Assembly: GCA_048549915.1 (NCBI GenBank)
Contig: JBLYYE010000010.1
Span: 68,543-132,542 of the forward strand
Direction of reading: 5' to 3'
Source: Porticoccaceae bacterium
GTDB lineage: Bacteria > Pseudomonadota > Gammaproteobacteria > Pseudomonadales > Porticoccaceae
Length of the DNA stretch: 64,000 bases
Part shown: positions 47,710 to 56,041 of the stretch, piece after piece
How positions within the stretch are numbered: the stretch's first letter is position 1
How the letters are laid out: every line of letters starts with the position of its first letter
The notes under the pieces: model-generated
The model's database searches: none
The model's input: only the letters and a program-made list of their open reading frames with translations
What the model was told of the DNA's origin: nothing
Made by a program: the position numbers and the translations under genes

Positions 47710-47726
47710 TGCACCGCTATGGTGCA
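47710..47726. promoter_or_regulatory. NtrC-like binding palindrome TGCACC-gcta-TGGTGCA
   Basis: It is a perfect 6+5+6 inverted repeat matching the enterobacterial NtrC consensus TGCACCA-N3-TGGTGCA. It lies downstream, not upstream, of the sigma-54 element. Confidence 0.4.
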
Positions 47727-47845
47727 TTTTTATGCGCCATTTTTGTGCGCTTACTTTGAGCTTAGCGTCACTGCTCGGCATCGCTATTGGCTTTTTTTCG
47801 CTCATTCATAACGAGAGGGCGGAGCTAACTACCTGGGAGTTAACC

Positions 47846-49159
47846 ATGAACTCAACGATGATTCGATCACTACTGCGCGGCGTGACTGTCGCAGTGCTAG
47901 GTGCACTGCCACTCTCCGCCTCGGCAGCCAGCTTTGACGGCGCCGACACCGCGTGGATTCTCACCGCAACCGCTCTTGTGTTATTTATGACGCTACCTGG
48001 CTTAGCACTTTTTTACGGTGGCCTGGTGCGCTCCAAAAACGTCCTTTCAGTGTTAATGCAGTGCTTTACTATCGCGGCAGTAATGTCACTCATCTGGCTG
48101 ATCGGTGGCTACTCTCTCGCTTTCGGTGACGGTGGCACACTCAACAATTGGATTGGCAACTTAGACAATATGATGCTTGCCAACATCAGCGTCGACAGCG
48201 CCAGCGGTACTATTCCCGAGTCGCTGTTTGCCATGTTCCAAATGACTTTTGCCATCATCACCCCGGCGCTGATGGTCGGCGCATTCGCCGAGCGCATGCG
48301 CTTTTCAGCCATGCTGCTATTTTGTGCAGCGTGGCTGGTCCTGGTCTATCTTCCCATAACCCACTGGGTGTGGGGGGGCGGCTGGCTAGGGCAAATGGGT
48401 CTTCTCGACTACGCGGGGGGCACCGTCGTACATATCACTGCGGGGGTTGGCGCACTGGTAGCAGCCCTCGTCTTAGGCAATCGCAAAGGCTTCCCCGGTC
48501 AAGCGATGATGCCGCACAACCTGACTATGACAGTAACCGGTGCTGGTATGTTGTGGGTGGGTTGGTTTGGATTTAACGCCGGATCAGCTTTAGCTGCTGA
48601 CGGCAGCGCCGCAATGGCCATGCTGGTTACGCACATCTCTGCTGCTGCCGGTGTGTTGGCGTGGATGATGATGGAGTGGGTGAAATACGGCAAACCTTCT
48701 GTGCTCGGAGCAGTGACCGGCATGGTTGCCGGCCTTGGCACGATCACCCCCGCCTCTGGCTTTGTCGGCCCTGGTGGAGCGCTAGTGATCGGCTTTAGCG
48801 CAGGGATTATTTGTTACTACGCCACACAGCTAATTAAGCAGCGCTGGCATATTGATGACTCGCTCGATGTCTTTCCGGTACACGGTGTGGGCGGCATTCT
48901 CGGCACTTTTTTTGCCGGCATTTTTGCCTCCGACCAGCTCGGCATGTTCAGTGGTGGCGGTTATGCCGAGGGCATGACCATGGGCTCACAAGTCACCGTA
49001 CAGCTGATCGGAATAGGCTCCACGTTCCTTTACACTGCGATAATCAGTTACGGGCTGCTGAAGCTGGTCGATAGCTTGCTGGGACTGCGAGTGGATGATG
49101 AAGAGGAGACCATCGGGCTCGACTTAACCGCACACGATGAGCGCGGTTACGACATTTAG
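47846..49159 (+). CDS. amt: Ammonium transporter (Amt family)
   Basis: ORF 47732..49159. The likely ATG at 47846 has a GGGAG Shine-Dalgarno sequence 6 nt upstream. It has a signal peptide (…LPLSASAA), 11 TM helices and Amt motifs (DYAGGTVVHITAG, VHGVGGILG). Confidence 0.9.
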   Translation: MNSTMIRSLLRGVTVAVLGALPLSASAASFDGADTAWILTATALVLFMTLPGLALFYGGLVRSKNVLSVLMQCFTIAAVMSLIWLIGGYSLAFGDGGTLNNWIGNLDNMMLANISVDSASGTIPESLFAMFQMTFAIITPALMVGAFAERMRFSAMLLFCAAWLVLVYLPITHWVWGGGWLGQMGLLDYAGGTVVHITAGVGALVAALVLGNRKGFPGQAMMPHNLTMTVTGAGMLWVGWFGFNAGSALAADGSAAMAMLVTHISAAAGVLAWMMMEWVKYGKPSVLGAVTGMVAGLGTITPASGFVGPGGALVIGFSAGIICYYATQLIKQRWHIDDSLDVFPVHGVGGILGTFFAGIFASDQLGMFSGGGYAEGMTMGSQVTVQLIGIGSTFLYTAIISYGLLKLVDSLLGLRVDDEEETIGLDLTAHDERGYDI

Positions 49160-49161
49160 TC

Positions 49162-49998
49162 TTAGCGCCTGGCTCGGTCGAGTAGCTCACAGAGCTGCTC
49201 GACACCATCGATAAAACGCGGCCCATGACGGGCCGTAATATCTGCTGAAATAGCATAGCGATGATCGCCTGCCACAGCCGAGAGTGTCGGCCACTGCGCC
49301 CAGAGCGCTAAGCTGGCGATATCTTCGCGATCACTGCCCGCAGTGATCATAACTTGCGGATCAGCCATCAATACCGCTTCAGCGCTAACATAGGGCACGA
49401 GCGGTTTAGCGCTGGCAAAGATGTTGACGCCGCCGCACTCCGACAGTGCCGCGCTTATCAGATGCTCGCCGTTGTAGGTAATCAACGGTTCATCCCATAT
49501 TTGATAAAAATACCGCACAGGCGAGCTATCTCGGTAGCGTTTACGCAGCGTCGTCAATCGCTGGCGGAGCTCATTGGCGACACTCTGCCCCTGTTCAGGG
49601 CGACCGACCAGCGCAGAGAGATACTCAACTGTAGCGGGTATATCATCCAGTTGGCGAGCCTCAACCATCACCACCGGCATACCCAACTGCCGCAGTGGCG
49701 CGACCATTTTCTCTCCGTTGCCACTCTCCCAGCCAATCACTAGATCGGTCTGTAGTGCTACTATTTGCTCGTAATTGGCCCCGGCGTAATTACTGACCCG
49801 GGGCAGCTCTAGCGCAGCAGCCGGGTAATCACTGTACTCATCTGCCCCCACCAGCTGTTCACCTGCACCAATCGCATAGAGTATCTCAGTGATATGCGGG
49901 GCCAGCGAGACAATATTTCTCGGCGCCTCGAGCCCCTGTGCAGCAGTACTGATCAGCGCAGTTAAAACCGCACACCGATACCAACTCGCACCCCTCAT
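49162..49998 (-). CDS. btuF: Vitamin B12 ABC transporter periplasmic binding protein
   Basis: 278 aa. IVSLAPHITEILYAIGAGEQLVGADEYSDYP and the C-terminal RHGPRFIDGVEQLCELL are alignable by eye to E. coli BtuF. Confidence 0.8.
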   Translation of the reverse strand: MRGASWYRCAVLTALISTAAQGLEAPRNIVSLAPHITEILYAIGAGEQLVGADEYSDYPAAALELPRVSNYAGANYEQIVALQTDLVIGWESGNGEKMVAPLRQLGMPVVMVEARQLDDIPATVEYLSALVGRPEQGQSVANELRQRLTTLRKRYRDSSPVRYFYQIWDEPLITYNGEHLISAALSECGGVNIFASAKPLVPYVSAEAVLMADPQVMITAGSDREDIASLALWAQWPTLSAVAGDHRYAISADITARHGPRFIDGVEQLCELLDRARR

Positions 49999-50768
49999 AC
50001 CACCACCATCGGCAAACCGCTGCGCGGGTGGCTGACAATAGTGGAATCAACTTTAAAAACTTGGTCGATAAGCTCTTCACTCAATACCTCTGACGGCGCA
50101 CCCTGTGCAGCTACAGTGCCCTCACGCATCACCACCAACTGATCGGCTACCGACGCGGCCAAGTTGAGATCATGTACTACCATCAATACCGCCACGCCCT
50201 CGGCGGCTAAGCTGCGCGCCAATGACAGAGTCATCTGCTGGTGCTGCAGATCGAAGGCAGAGGTCGGTTCGTCCAACAGCAGCACACGGTTTCCCTCAGC
50301 GACCGGCTCCCATATCTGAGCTACCACTCGCGCCAACTGTACGCGCTGTTTCTCACCGCCCGACATAGAGGTGTAAGGGCGCCGCTGCAGATAACTGGCA
50401 TCTAATCGAGACAGCGCTGCACCAACAATTTCTCTGTCGCGCAGTGCGCCGCTCGCATGAGGTATGCGCCCTAAATCGACCACCTCTTCGGCACTGAAAG
50501 GAAAAGCCAGCGCCAGCTGCTGCGGCAAAACAGCCAGTTGGCGCGCGCGGGCAATATCGCCCCAACTATTGAGCGGTTTATCATTTAGCAACACCTCTCC
50601 GGAGCTGCTTTCAAGTTCGCCACAAAGCACTTTAAGCAGAGACGATTTACCAGCACCGTTGGGACCGACCACCACAGTGACTTGCCCACAAGCAATCTCT
50701 AAATCAATGCCACGCAGCAGCTCAAAGCCGGCGACATAGAGCGATAAATTGACGACTTGCAAGCTCAT
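49995..50768 (-). CDS. btuD: Vitamin B12/iron-complex-type ABC transporter ATPase
   Basis: ORF 49995..50855, with the likely ATG at 50768 (MSLQVVNLS...). Walker A is GPNGAGKSS and the signature is MSGGEKQR. A 4-nt overlap couples it to btuF. Confidence 0.8.
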   Translation of the reverse strand: MSLQVVNLSLYVAGFELLRGIDLEIACGQVTVVVGPNGAGKSSLLKVLCGELESSSGEVLLNDKPLNSWGDIARARQLAVLPQQLALAFPFSAEEVVDLGRIPHASGALRDREIVGAALSRLDASYLQRRPYTSMSGGEKQRVQLARVVAQIWEPVAEGNRVLLLDEPTSAFDLQHQQMTLSLARSLAAEGVAVLMVVHDLNLAASVADQLVVMREGTVAAQGAPSEVLSEELIDQVFKVDSTIVSHPRSGLPMVVV

Positions 50769-50769
50769 A

Positions 50770-51786
50770 CTAGATCCGCGTGCGCTGTTGATAGAGCAGC
50801 GCAACAAAAAATGGCGCCCCCAGTAGCGCGGTAATGATCCCCGTTGGCAGTTCAACCGGAGCCACTACGGTGCGTGCCAACGTATCTGCCGCGACCAGCA
50901 ACAATCCGCCGCCGAGCGCACTGCAGGGCAGCAAGTAACGGTGGTCGGGGCCGGCCAACATGCGCACCATGTGCGGCACAACTAGGCCGACAAAAGCGAC
51001 GATACCGGCACTGGCAACAGCACTGCCCACGCCCAGCGCTGTTAAAACTATCAGGCCGCGCTTGAGATTTTGCACGGCCACGCCGAGATGGCGCGCCTCA
51101 GACTCACCCAGTAGTAGAGCATTAAGCGACTGAGCAAAGCGCGGCAATACCACAGCCAATACAACCGCCAAACTCGTCATTAACAGGGCGCGATCAAAGC
51201 TCGCTCCGCTGAGACTGCCCATTTGCCACAAGCTAATACGGCGCAACGTCGCGTTATCGGCAAAGTAACTCAGCAAACTCCCTGCCGCCCCCGCCAGTGC
51301 TGTGATCGCGATGCCAGCCAGCAACATAGTCGCCACCGAGGTGCCCGATGTCGAAGTAGCCAGACGATAGACAACTGCCGTCGCAAGCAGACCACCGACA
51401 AAAGCGGCCAGTGCAGTGAGCGGTAGGCCCACCCATTCAGGTGCCCAGCTCCCGGCGAAAACAATGACGACACTGGCACCCACTGAGGCACCACTGGAGA
51501 CACCCACCAGCGAAGGATCTGCCAGCGGGTTGCGAAAAAGCCCTTGCATCACGGCGCCACACAGCGCCAGAACAGCACCTACTGCCGCCGCCAGCAGGAC
51601 TCGCGGCAGACGAATCTGCCAAAGAATAGAAGCGATATGATCTGCCTCGCCGTTGACCGCCAGCCACAACTGCTGCCAACTCAACGCACTGCTGCCAACG
51701 GTTATTGCAAACAGAGACAATAGCGGCAGCGCGACTGCAAGTGCCGTCGCAAGCCAGCGGGGATCGACCCGACGAACACTAGACAT
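50770..51786 (-). CDS. btuC: FecCD-family permease (vitamin B12 import)
   Basis: 338 aa, very hydrophobic, with FecCD/BtuC motifs (LPRVLLAAAVGAVLALCGAVMQGLFRNPLADP). Confidence 0.8.
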   Translation of the reverse strand: MSSVRRVDPRWLATALAVALPLLSLFAITVGSSALSWQQLWLAVNGEADHIASILWQIRLPRVLLAAAVGAVLALCGAVMQGLFRNPLADPSLVGVSSGASVGASVVIVFAGSWAPEWVGLPLTALAAFVGGLLATAVVYRLATSTSGTSVATMLLAGIAITALAGAAGSLLSYFADNATLRRISLWQMGSLSGASFDRALLMTSLAVVLAVVLPRFAQSLNALLLGESEARHLGVAVQNLKRGLIVLTALGVGSAVASAGIVAFVGLVVPHMVRMLAGPDHRYLLPCSALGGGLLLVAADTLARTVVAPVELPTGIITALLGAPFFVALLYQQRTRI

Positions 51787-51789
51787 TAT

Positions 51790-52383
51790 TTAGAAATCGA
51801 CACCGCGGCGCGCCTTGATGCCGCTGTTGTAGGCGTGCTTAACCTCTTTGAGCTCACTGACCGTGTCTGCCAAGGCCTGTAGCTCATTGCCACCACCGCG
51901 CCCTGTCACTACAACACTCTGCTCTGCAGGCCGATTGGCCAATGCATCTAAAACCGTCTGCTGGTCGAGATACTTAAAGCTAAGCATGTAGGTGAGTTCG
52001 TCCAACACCACCAAATGTACCGAAGGATCCTGCAAAAGCTCTGCAGCTACCGCCCAGGTGCGCTCGGCGGCGGCAATGTCGCCACTGCGATCCTGGGTGT
52101 CCCAAGTAAAGCCTGTGCCCATTTGGTAAAAAGTCACTTCAGGACATTTTTCGCGCACATAGAGTTCTTCTCCAGAGAGCTGCTCTCCCTTAATGAACTG
52201 CACCACACCAACCTTATAGCCGTAACCTAAGGCGCGCATCACCATGCCAAATGCGGAAGATGACTTGCCTTTTCCGTTGCCGGTCAAGACGATCATTACA
52301 CCCCGCTCGGTATCTGCTGCGGCAATAGAAGCATCGACGCTCTCTTTGAGCTTTTCCATCTTCTTCTGGTGTTTATCGCTCAT
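51790..52383 (-). CDS. cobO: Cob(I)yrinic acid a,c-diamide / cob(I)alamin adenosyltransferase
   Basis: 197 aa. It contains GNGKGKSSSAFG, VGVVQFIKG and LDELTYM, and has BtuR/CobO family length. Confidence 0.9.
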   Translation of the reverse strand: MSDKHQKKMEKLKESVDASIAAADTERGVMIVLTGNGKGKSSSAFGMVMRALGYGYKVGVVQFIKGEQLSGEELYVREKCPEVTFYQMGTGFTWDTQDRSGDIAAAERTWAVAAELLQDPSVHLVVLDELTYMLSFKYLDQQTVLDALANRPAEQSVVVTGRGGGNELQALADTVSELKEVKHAYNSGIKARRGVDF

Positions 52384-52413
52384 TCTCTCTCTCCAATCGG
52401 TGTTGCAGGGTTG

Positions 52414-54345
52414 TCAGTCTGCCCACTGGTAACGGACACCAACGGCTATTTGGCGACTTGGCGTTGAGAAGCCAAATACCTCTTCGTAGTTAACATTCGC
52501 CGCATTCGTCGCCTTGGCATAAACCACCAGTTCGTCTGTCGCACGGTAGTTTACATTGATCGACACCAGCGTGAAGGCGTCGAGTTCAACATAACGGCTC
52601 CCAGAAGCATAGAAATGTTGATCGATCTGAGTGCCGCTGTGTTGTAAATTAATACTGCTCTGGAGTGTCTCTGAAATCTGCCAGTCCAAGCTCAGTGACG
52701 CGATATGGTTGGGTCGGCGCAACTCGTCTCGCTCACCCTCAGCGGCCTCTTCAGTCGAATCTATATAACTGTAGCTACCGTCTAGCGCTAAGAGTTCGTT
52801 GAGCTGCCAAGACCACCCCAACTCCGCACCCCGGCGCTGGCTCTCGCCTTCTTTATTGGCCGAACTGAAACCACCCAGGTCGCTGTTGTAAACAAATCCG
52901 TTAATTTCATCTTCGAGCGCGCTATCAAAAACGGTTAGGTCGACACTGACTCGATTATCCGGCGACTGCCAATCTAAACCCAGCTCTGATGTCGCCGAGC
53001 TTTCAGGCTGAAGGTCTGGGTTGCCAACAAAATTACTGTAAAAACCGTAGCGCTCAGAAAATGTCGGATTTTTCTCAGCCGTCGAATAACTGCTGCGCAA
53101 ACGCCACTGATCATTTAACTGATAGCTCACTTCAAAACGCTCGCTGCCACCGTCATCAAACTCGCTGTTGTCATCCACACGGCCACTAGCCGCCAGAGTT
53201 AGTTGATCAAAAAAGGTTTTGCGCAACTCGAGACCAACACTGTCTGTTTCGCGCTCGCGATCTTGATTGGGATCCAAAATCGAGCCCCAGAATTCGGTAA
53301 CGACACCACGTCGCTCAAACTCTTCGGTTTCGCGCTCTAGCAGCAACGTGGCACGCCCTGTCTGACTTTGGTAAGAGAGAAAATACTGCCATTGCTGCTT
53401 CTCTGCGGCGGTGCTGCCGTCGTAACTGGCGCTGGGATAGTTGCTGTTTTGGCTGTCGGCAATTGTCCACTTAACACGCTGACTGAGACCATTTTTATTT
53501 TCATAATCTACGCTCAGTCCATAATGGGAGTTATCAAAATCACTGAAACTAGGGGCGTCAACTATCAGGCCTGTGGCGCTGTCATTTTTATCAAACTCGC
53601 TACTTCCTGAACTATTGCGCGCCGAGAAATTCGCTCGCCACTGCTCGCTAGGGCGCCAACTACCCTTTAAACTCAACGTGGTATTGTCGTGACCGTCTCT
53701 TTCTGACCCCTCGCGAGCAATATTCTCTCCTTCACTGTCGAGTTTATTGGCTGCCAAACGCAGCGCAACCTGCTCGCTGGCAAAGCCCACGTTTAAACCG
53801 TGCTGCCAGGTGGCATTGCCGCCGCGCTCAACAACAAACCCCGCCGAAACCGGCGATTTGTTACTGCGAGTAATAATATTGACTACACCCGCCATCGCAT
53901 CGCTGCCGTAGAGGGCACTTTGCGAGCCGCGAATCACCTCAATTCGTTCTATATCTGCAGCACTCAGCGTGCCCCAGTTGAGACCGTCATCCTGCGAGGG
54001 GTCGTTGGCTTCAACGCCGTCAATGAGTACCAACAACTGATTGGCCTCAGCACCGCGCACACGGATATCACTCATCGAGCCCAGCACACCGGATTGGCTC
54101 ACTGCCATACCGGGAACATCGCGGAGCAGGTCAACGACAGAGAGCGCAGCGCGATTCTCTATGGTGTACTGATCGATAACACTAACAGCCGCTGCAGCTT
54201 GGTTACTGGCCAGCGGGTAATGAGAGGCCGTAACAGTAATCTCTTCGATAACGTCTTGTGCATAACTTGGCGCAACAGCGCAGAGAGGTAACAGAGCCAG
54301 CACTGTGCGACTGGCTTGATATATATAGATCAACAATGATTTCAA
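52414..54345 (-). CDS. btuB: TonB-dependent outer-membrane vitamin B12 receptor
   Basis: ORF 52414..54381. I prefer the TTG at 54345 (SD GGAG 7 nt upstream; MKSLLIYIYQASRTVLALLPLCAVAPSYAQD signal peptide), but the ATG at 54381 is possible. It has a TonB box (EEITVTAS), a plug, a beta-barrel and a terminal aromatic-rich strand. A B12 riboswitch precedes it. Confidence 0.85.
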   Translation of the reverse strand: MKSLLIYIYQASRTVLALLPLCAVAPSYAQDVIEEITVTASHYPLASNQAAAAVSVIDQYTIENRAALSVVDLLRDVPGMAVSQSGVLGSMSDIRVRGAEANQLLVLIDGVEANDPSQDDGLNWGTLSAADIERIEVIRGSQSALYGSDAMAGVVNIITRSNKSPVSAGFVVERGGNATWQHGLNVGFASEQVALRLAANKLDSEGENIAREGSERDGHDNTTLSLKGSWRPSEQWRANFSARNSSGSSEFDKNDSATGLIVDAPSFSDFDNSHYGLSVDYENKNGLSQRVKWTIADSQNSNYPSASYDGSTAAEKQQWQYFLSYQSQTGRATLLLERETEEFERRGVVTEFWGSILDPNQDRERETDSVGLELRKTFFDQLTLAASGRVDDNSEFDDGGSERFEVSYQLNDQWRLRSSYSTAEKNPTFSERYGFYSNFVGNPDLQPESSATSELGLDWQSPDNRVSVDLTVFDSALEDEINGFVYNSDLGGFSSANKEGESQRRGAELGWSWQLNELLALDGSYSYIDSTEEAAEGERDELRRPNHIASLSLDWQISETLQSSINLQHSGTQIDQHFYASGSRYVELDAFTLVSINVNYRATDELVVYAKATNAANVNYEEVFGFSTPSRQIAVGVRYQWAD

Positions 54346-54496
54346 AGGAGCAGCTCCACAAGCACTCTCACCCGAGCGCATTTAGGGTAAGCGGAGCAGC
54401 GATGGAGCAGAGACAAAAACAACAGTACTCGCGAGAATGCGAGCAGAGCATAAAGTCTAGGCAGCAAATCGCGCCCCGCGATTTGCTTGCAGTGTG

Positions 54497-54692
54497 TTAA
54501 GGCCGGTCTCCGGACTCACAAGCGAGTGGCTTTACACCACTCTGTCTGACAACCTTCCCGTGGCGTACCACAGTGGCGATCCTGTCAGACTACTCTTGTT
54601 TACCGTTGCGGGGGCAGTGTTGGGGTTGCACCAACTTCCCGTTTCATCACGCTGGCCTGAGACCAGCGGGACACCTTTACACGTAGCAAGTG
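54497..54692 (-). promoter_or_regulatory. Cobalamin (B12) riboswitch in the btuB leader
   Basis: The reverse-strand RNA reads ...GGGAAGUUGGUGCAACCCCAACACUGCCCCCGCAACGGUAA...GCCACUG...GGGAAGG...AGUCCGGAGACCGGCC. This gives the conserved core plus the B12 box (plus-strand 54501-54516). Confidence 0.85.
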
Positions 54693-54698
54693 GAAAGT

Positions 54699-54727
54699 AT
54701 TCTAGGCAGGCGAGCGAAGCCGGTCAA
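54699..54727 (-). promoter_or_regulatory. Sigma-70 promoter for the riboswitch/btuB operon
   Basis: The reverse strand reads TTGACC-N17-TAGAAT. The -35 hexamer directly abuts the nhaA stop codon. Confidence 0.5.
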
Positions 54728-55945
54728 TCAGTTTGTCGCTTTTCTAAGGGCGCTCCTTCTCGGCAGTGAGCGGCGCAAAATGAAGTGCCCCACCAGGCCA
54801 GCCAACAGCGAACCAATGATAATACCCAGGCGCTCGTCAAAGATCTGCATTGGACCTTCTGCCGGGACATCAAATGCCAGCGAGCCAATAAATAGGCTCA
54901 TGGTAAAACCGATACCACAGAGCGAAGCTGTGCCGTAGAGCATACCCCAGTTGACTGAATCGGGCAGCTTGGCCCAGCCCAATTTAATCGCCAGCCAGCA
55001 GAATCCGAATACCCCTAACTGTTTGCCGATGAATAGGCCCGCTGCAATACCCAGTGGCACCGGGTGTAAAAGCTGATCCACCCCTACACCCTCTAAGCTC
55101 AGGCCTGCATTGGCAAAAGCAAACACCGGCAGCACCACAAAACCAACAAAACCGTGCAAGCCGTGTTCGAGCGCCCGCAGTGGCGAATAATCTGGGTCGG
55201 CTGCATTTTTAAGCGGAATAAACATCGCCAAGACTACCCCAGCAAGGGTGGCGTGAACGCCCGATTTCAGGGTCGCCACCCACATTACCGCACCCAGAGC
55301 CATATAAAAGCCAACCCGTGTAACGCCGCGATAATTGAGCACCGCCAGCAGTGGTAGGCACAGTGCGACCACGGCCAGGGCTACAAAAGAGATACTGTCG
55401 GTGTAGAAAATGGCGATAATCATCACCGCGCCAACATCATCAAAAATCGCCAACGAAGTTAAAAATAGCTTGATGGAGAGTGGTACGCGCGGGCCCAACA
55501 GCGACAACACCGCTAACGCAAAGGCAATATCAGTAGCGGCAGGTATTGCCCAACCCTGCATAGCGAAAGCATCGCCCCAGTTAAAATAGGTATAGACCAG
55601 CGCTGGCGCCAGCATACCGCCGACAGCGCCGAATGCGGGCAAGGCAATATTGCCCGGCTTAGAGAGTTCACCTTCGAGCAATTCACGCTTGAGCTCCAAA
55701 CCCACTAAAAAGAAAAATACTGCCATTAAGCCATCGTTAATCCACAGCAGCAGTGGCTTATCAATATCCAGTGCGCCGATCCGGATTTCAACCGGGATCT
55801 CTAGGAATAAGTTGTACCAATACGCCAGCGGGCTATTGGCGACAATAATCGACAGCGCGGCACAAGCCATAAGTATAAGCCCGCCAGCAGATTCCGACTG
55901 CAGCCAAGACTCACGTGAGGTAGAACGGTTAAGGGAGTGTGGCAC
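54728..55945 (-). CDS. nhaA: Na+/H+ antiporter NhaA
   Basis: 405 aa with NhaA motifs (AIPAATDIAFALAVL, LAIFDDVGAV). Confidence 0.9.
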   Translation of the reverse strand: MPHSLNRSTSRESWLQSESAGGLILMACAALSIIVANSPLAYWYNLFLEIPVEIRIGALDIDKPLLLWINDGLMAVFFFLVGLELKRELLEGELSKPGNIALPAFGAVGGMLAPALVYTYFNWGDAFAMQGWAIPAATDIAFALAVLSLLGPRVPLSIKLFLTSLAIFDDVGAVMIIAIFYTDSISFVALAVVALCLPLLAVLNYRGVTRVGFYMALGAVMWVATLKSGVHATLAGVVLAMFIPLKNAADPDYSPLRALEHGLHGFVGFVVLPVFAFANAGLSLEGVGVDQLLHPVPLGIAAGLFIGKQLGVFGFCWLAIKLGWAKLPDSVNWGMLYGTASLCGIGFTMSLFIGSLAFDVPAEGPMQIFDERLGIIIGSLLAGLVGHFILRRSLPRRSALRKATN

Positions 55946-56041
55946 AAAAAATTCTCAGTAATTGTTTACCCATAGTCTACTCGAGCCGCGTTGCAGGTCA
56001 ATCTAGTGCGACTCATTAAACTTTAGTATAGTCGGGCAAAT

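Noticed and set aside
47777-47791. A second sigma-54-like element (GGCAtcgctatTGGC) downstream of the NtrC-like site. It would restore the usual order of enhancer upstream of promoter.
   Set aside because: The GG-to-GC spacing is one nucleotide too long and the -12 region is TGGC rather than TTGC. It is much weaker than the perfect element at 47619.
47732-47845. The ATG at 47732 as the amt start, giving a 38-aa in-frame N-terminal extension.
   Set aside because: It has no SD sequence, and the extension would bury the clear signal peptide that begins at 47846/47858. The ATG at 47846 has a GGGAG SD at ideal spacing.
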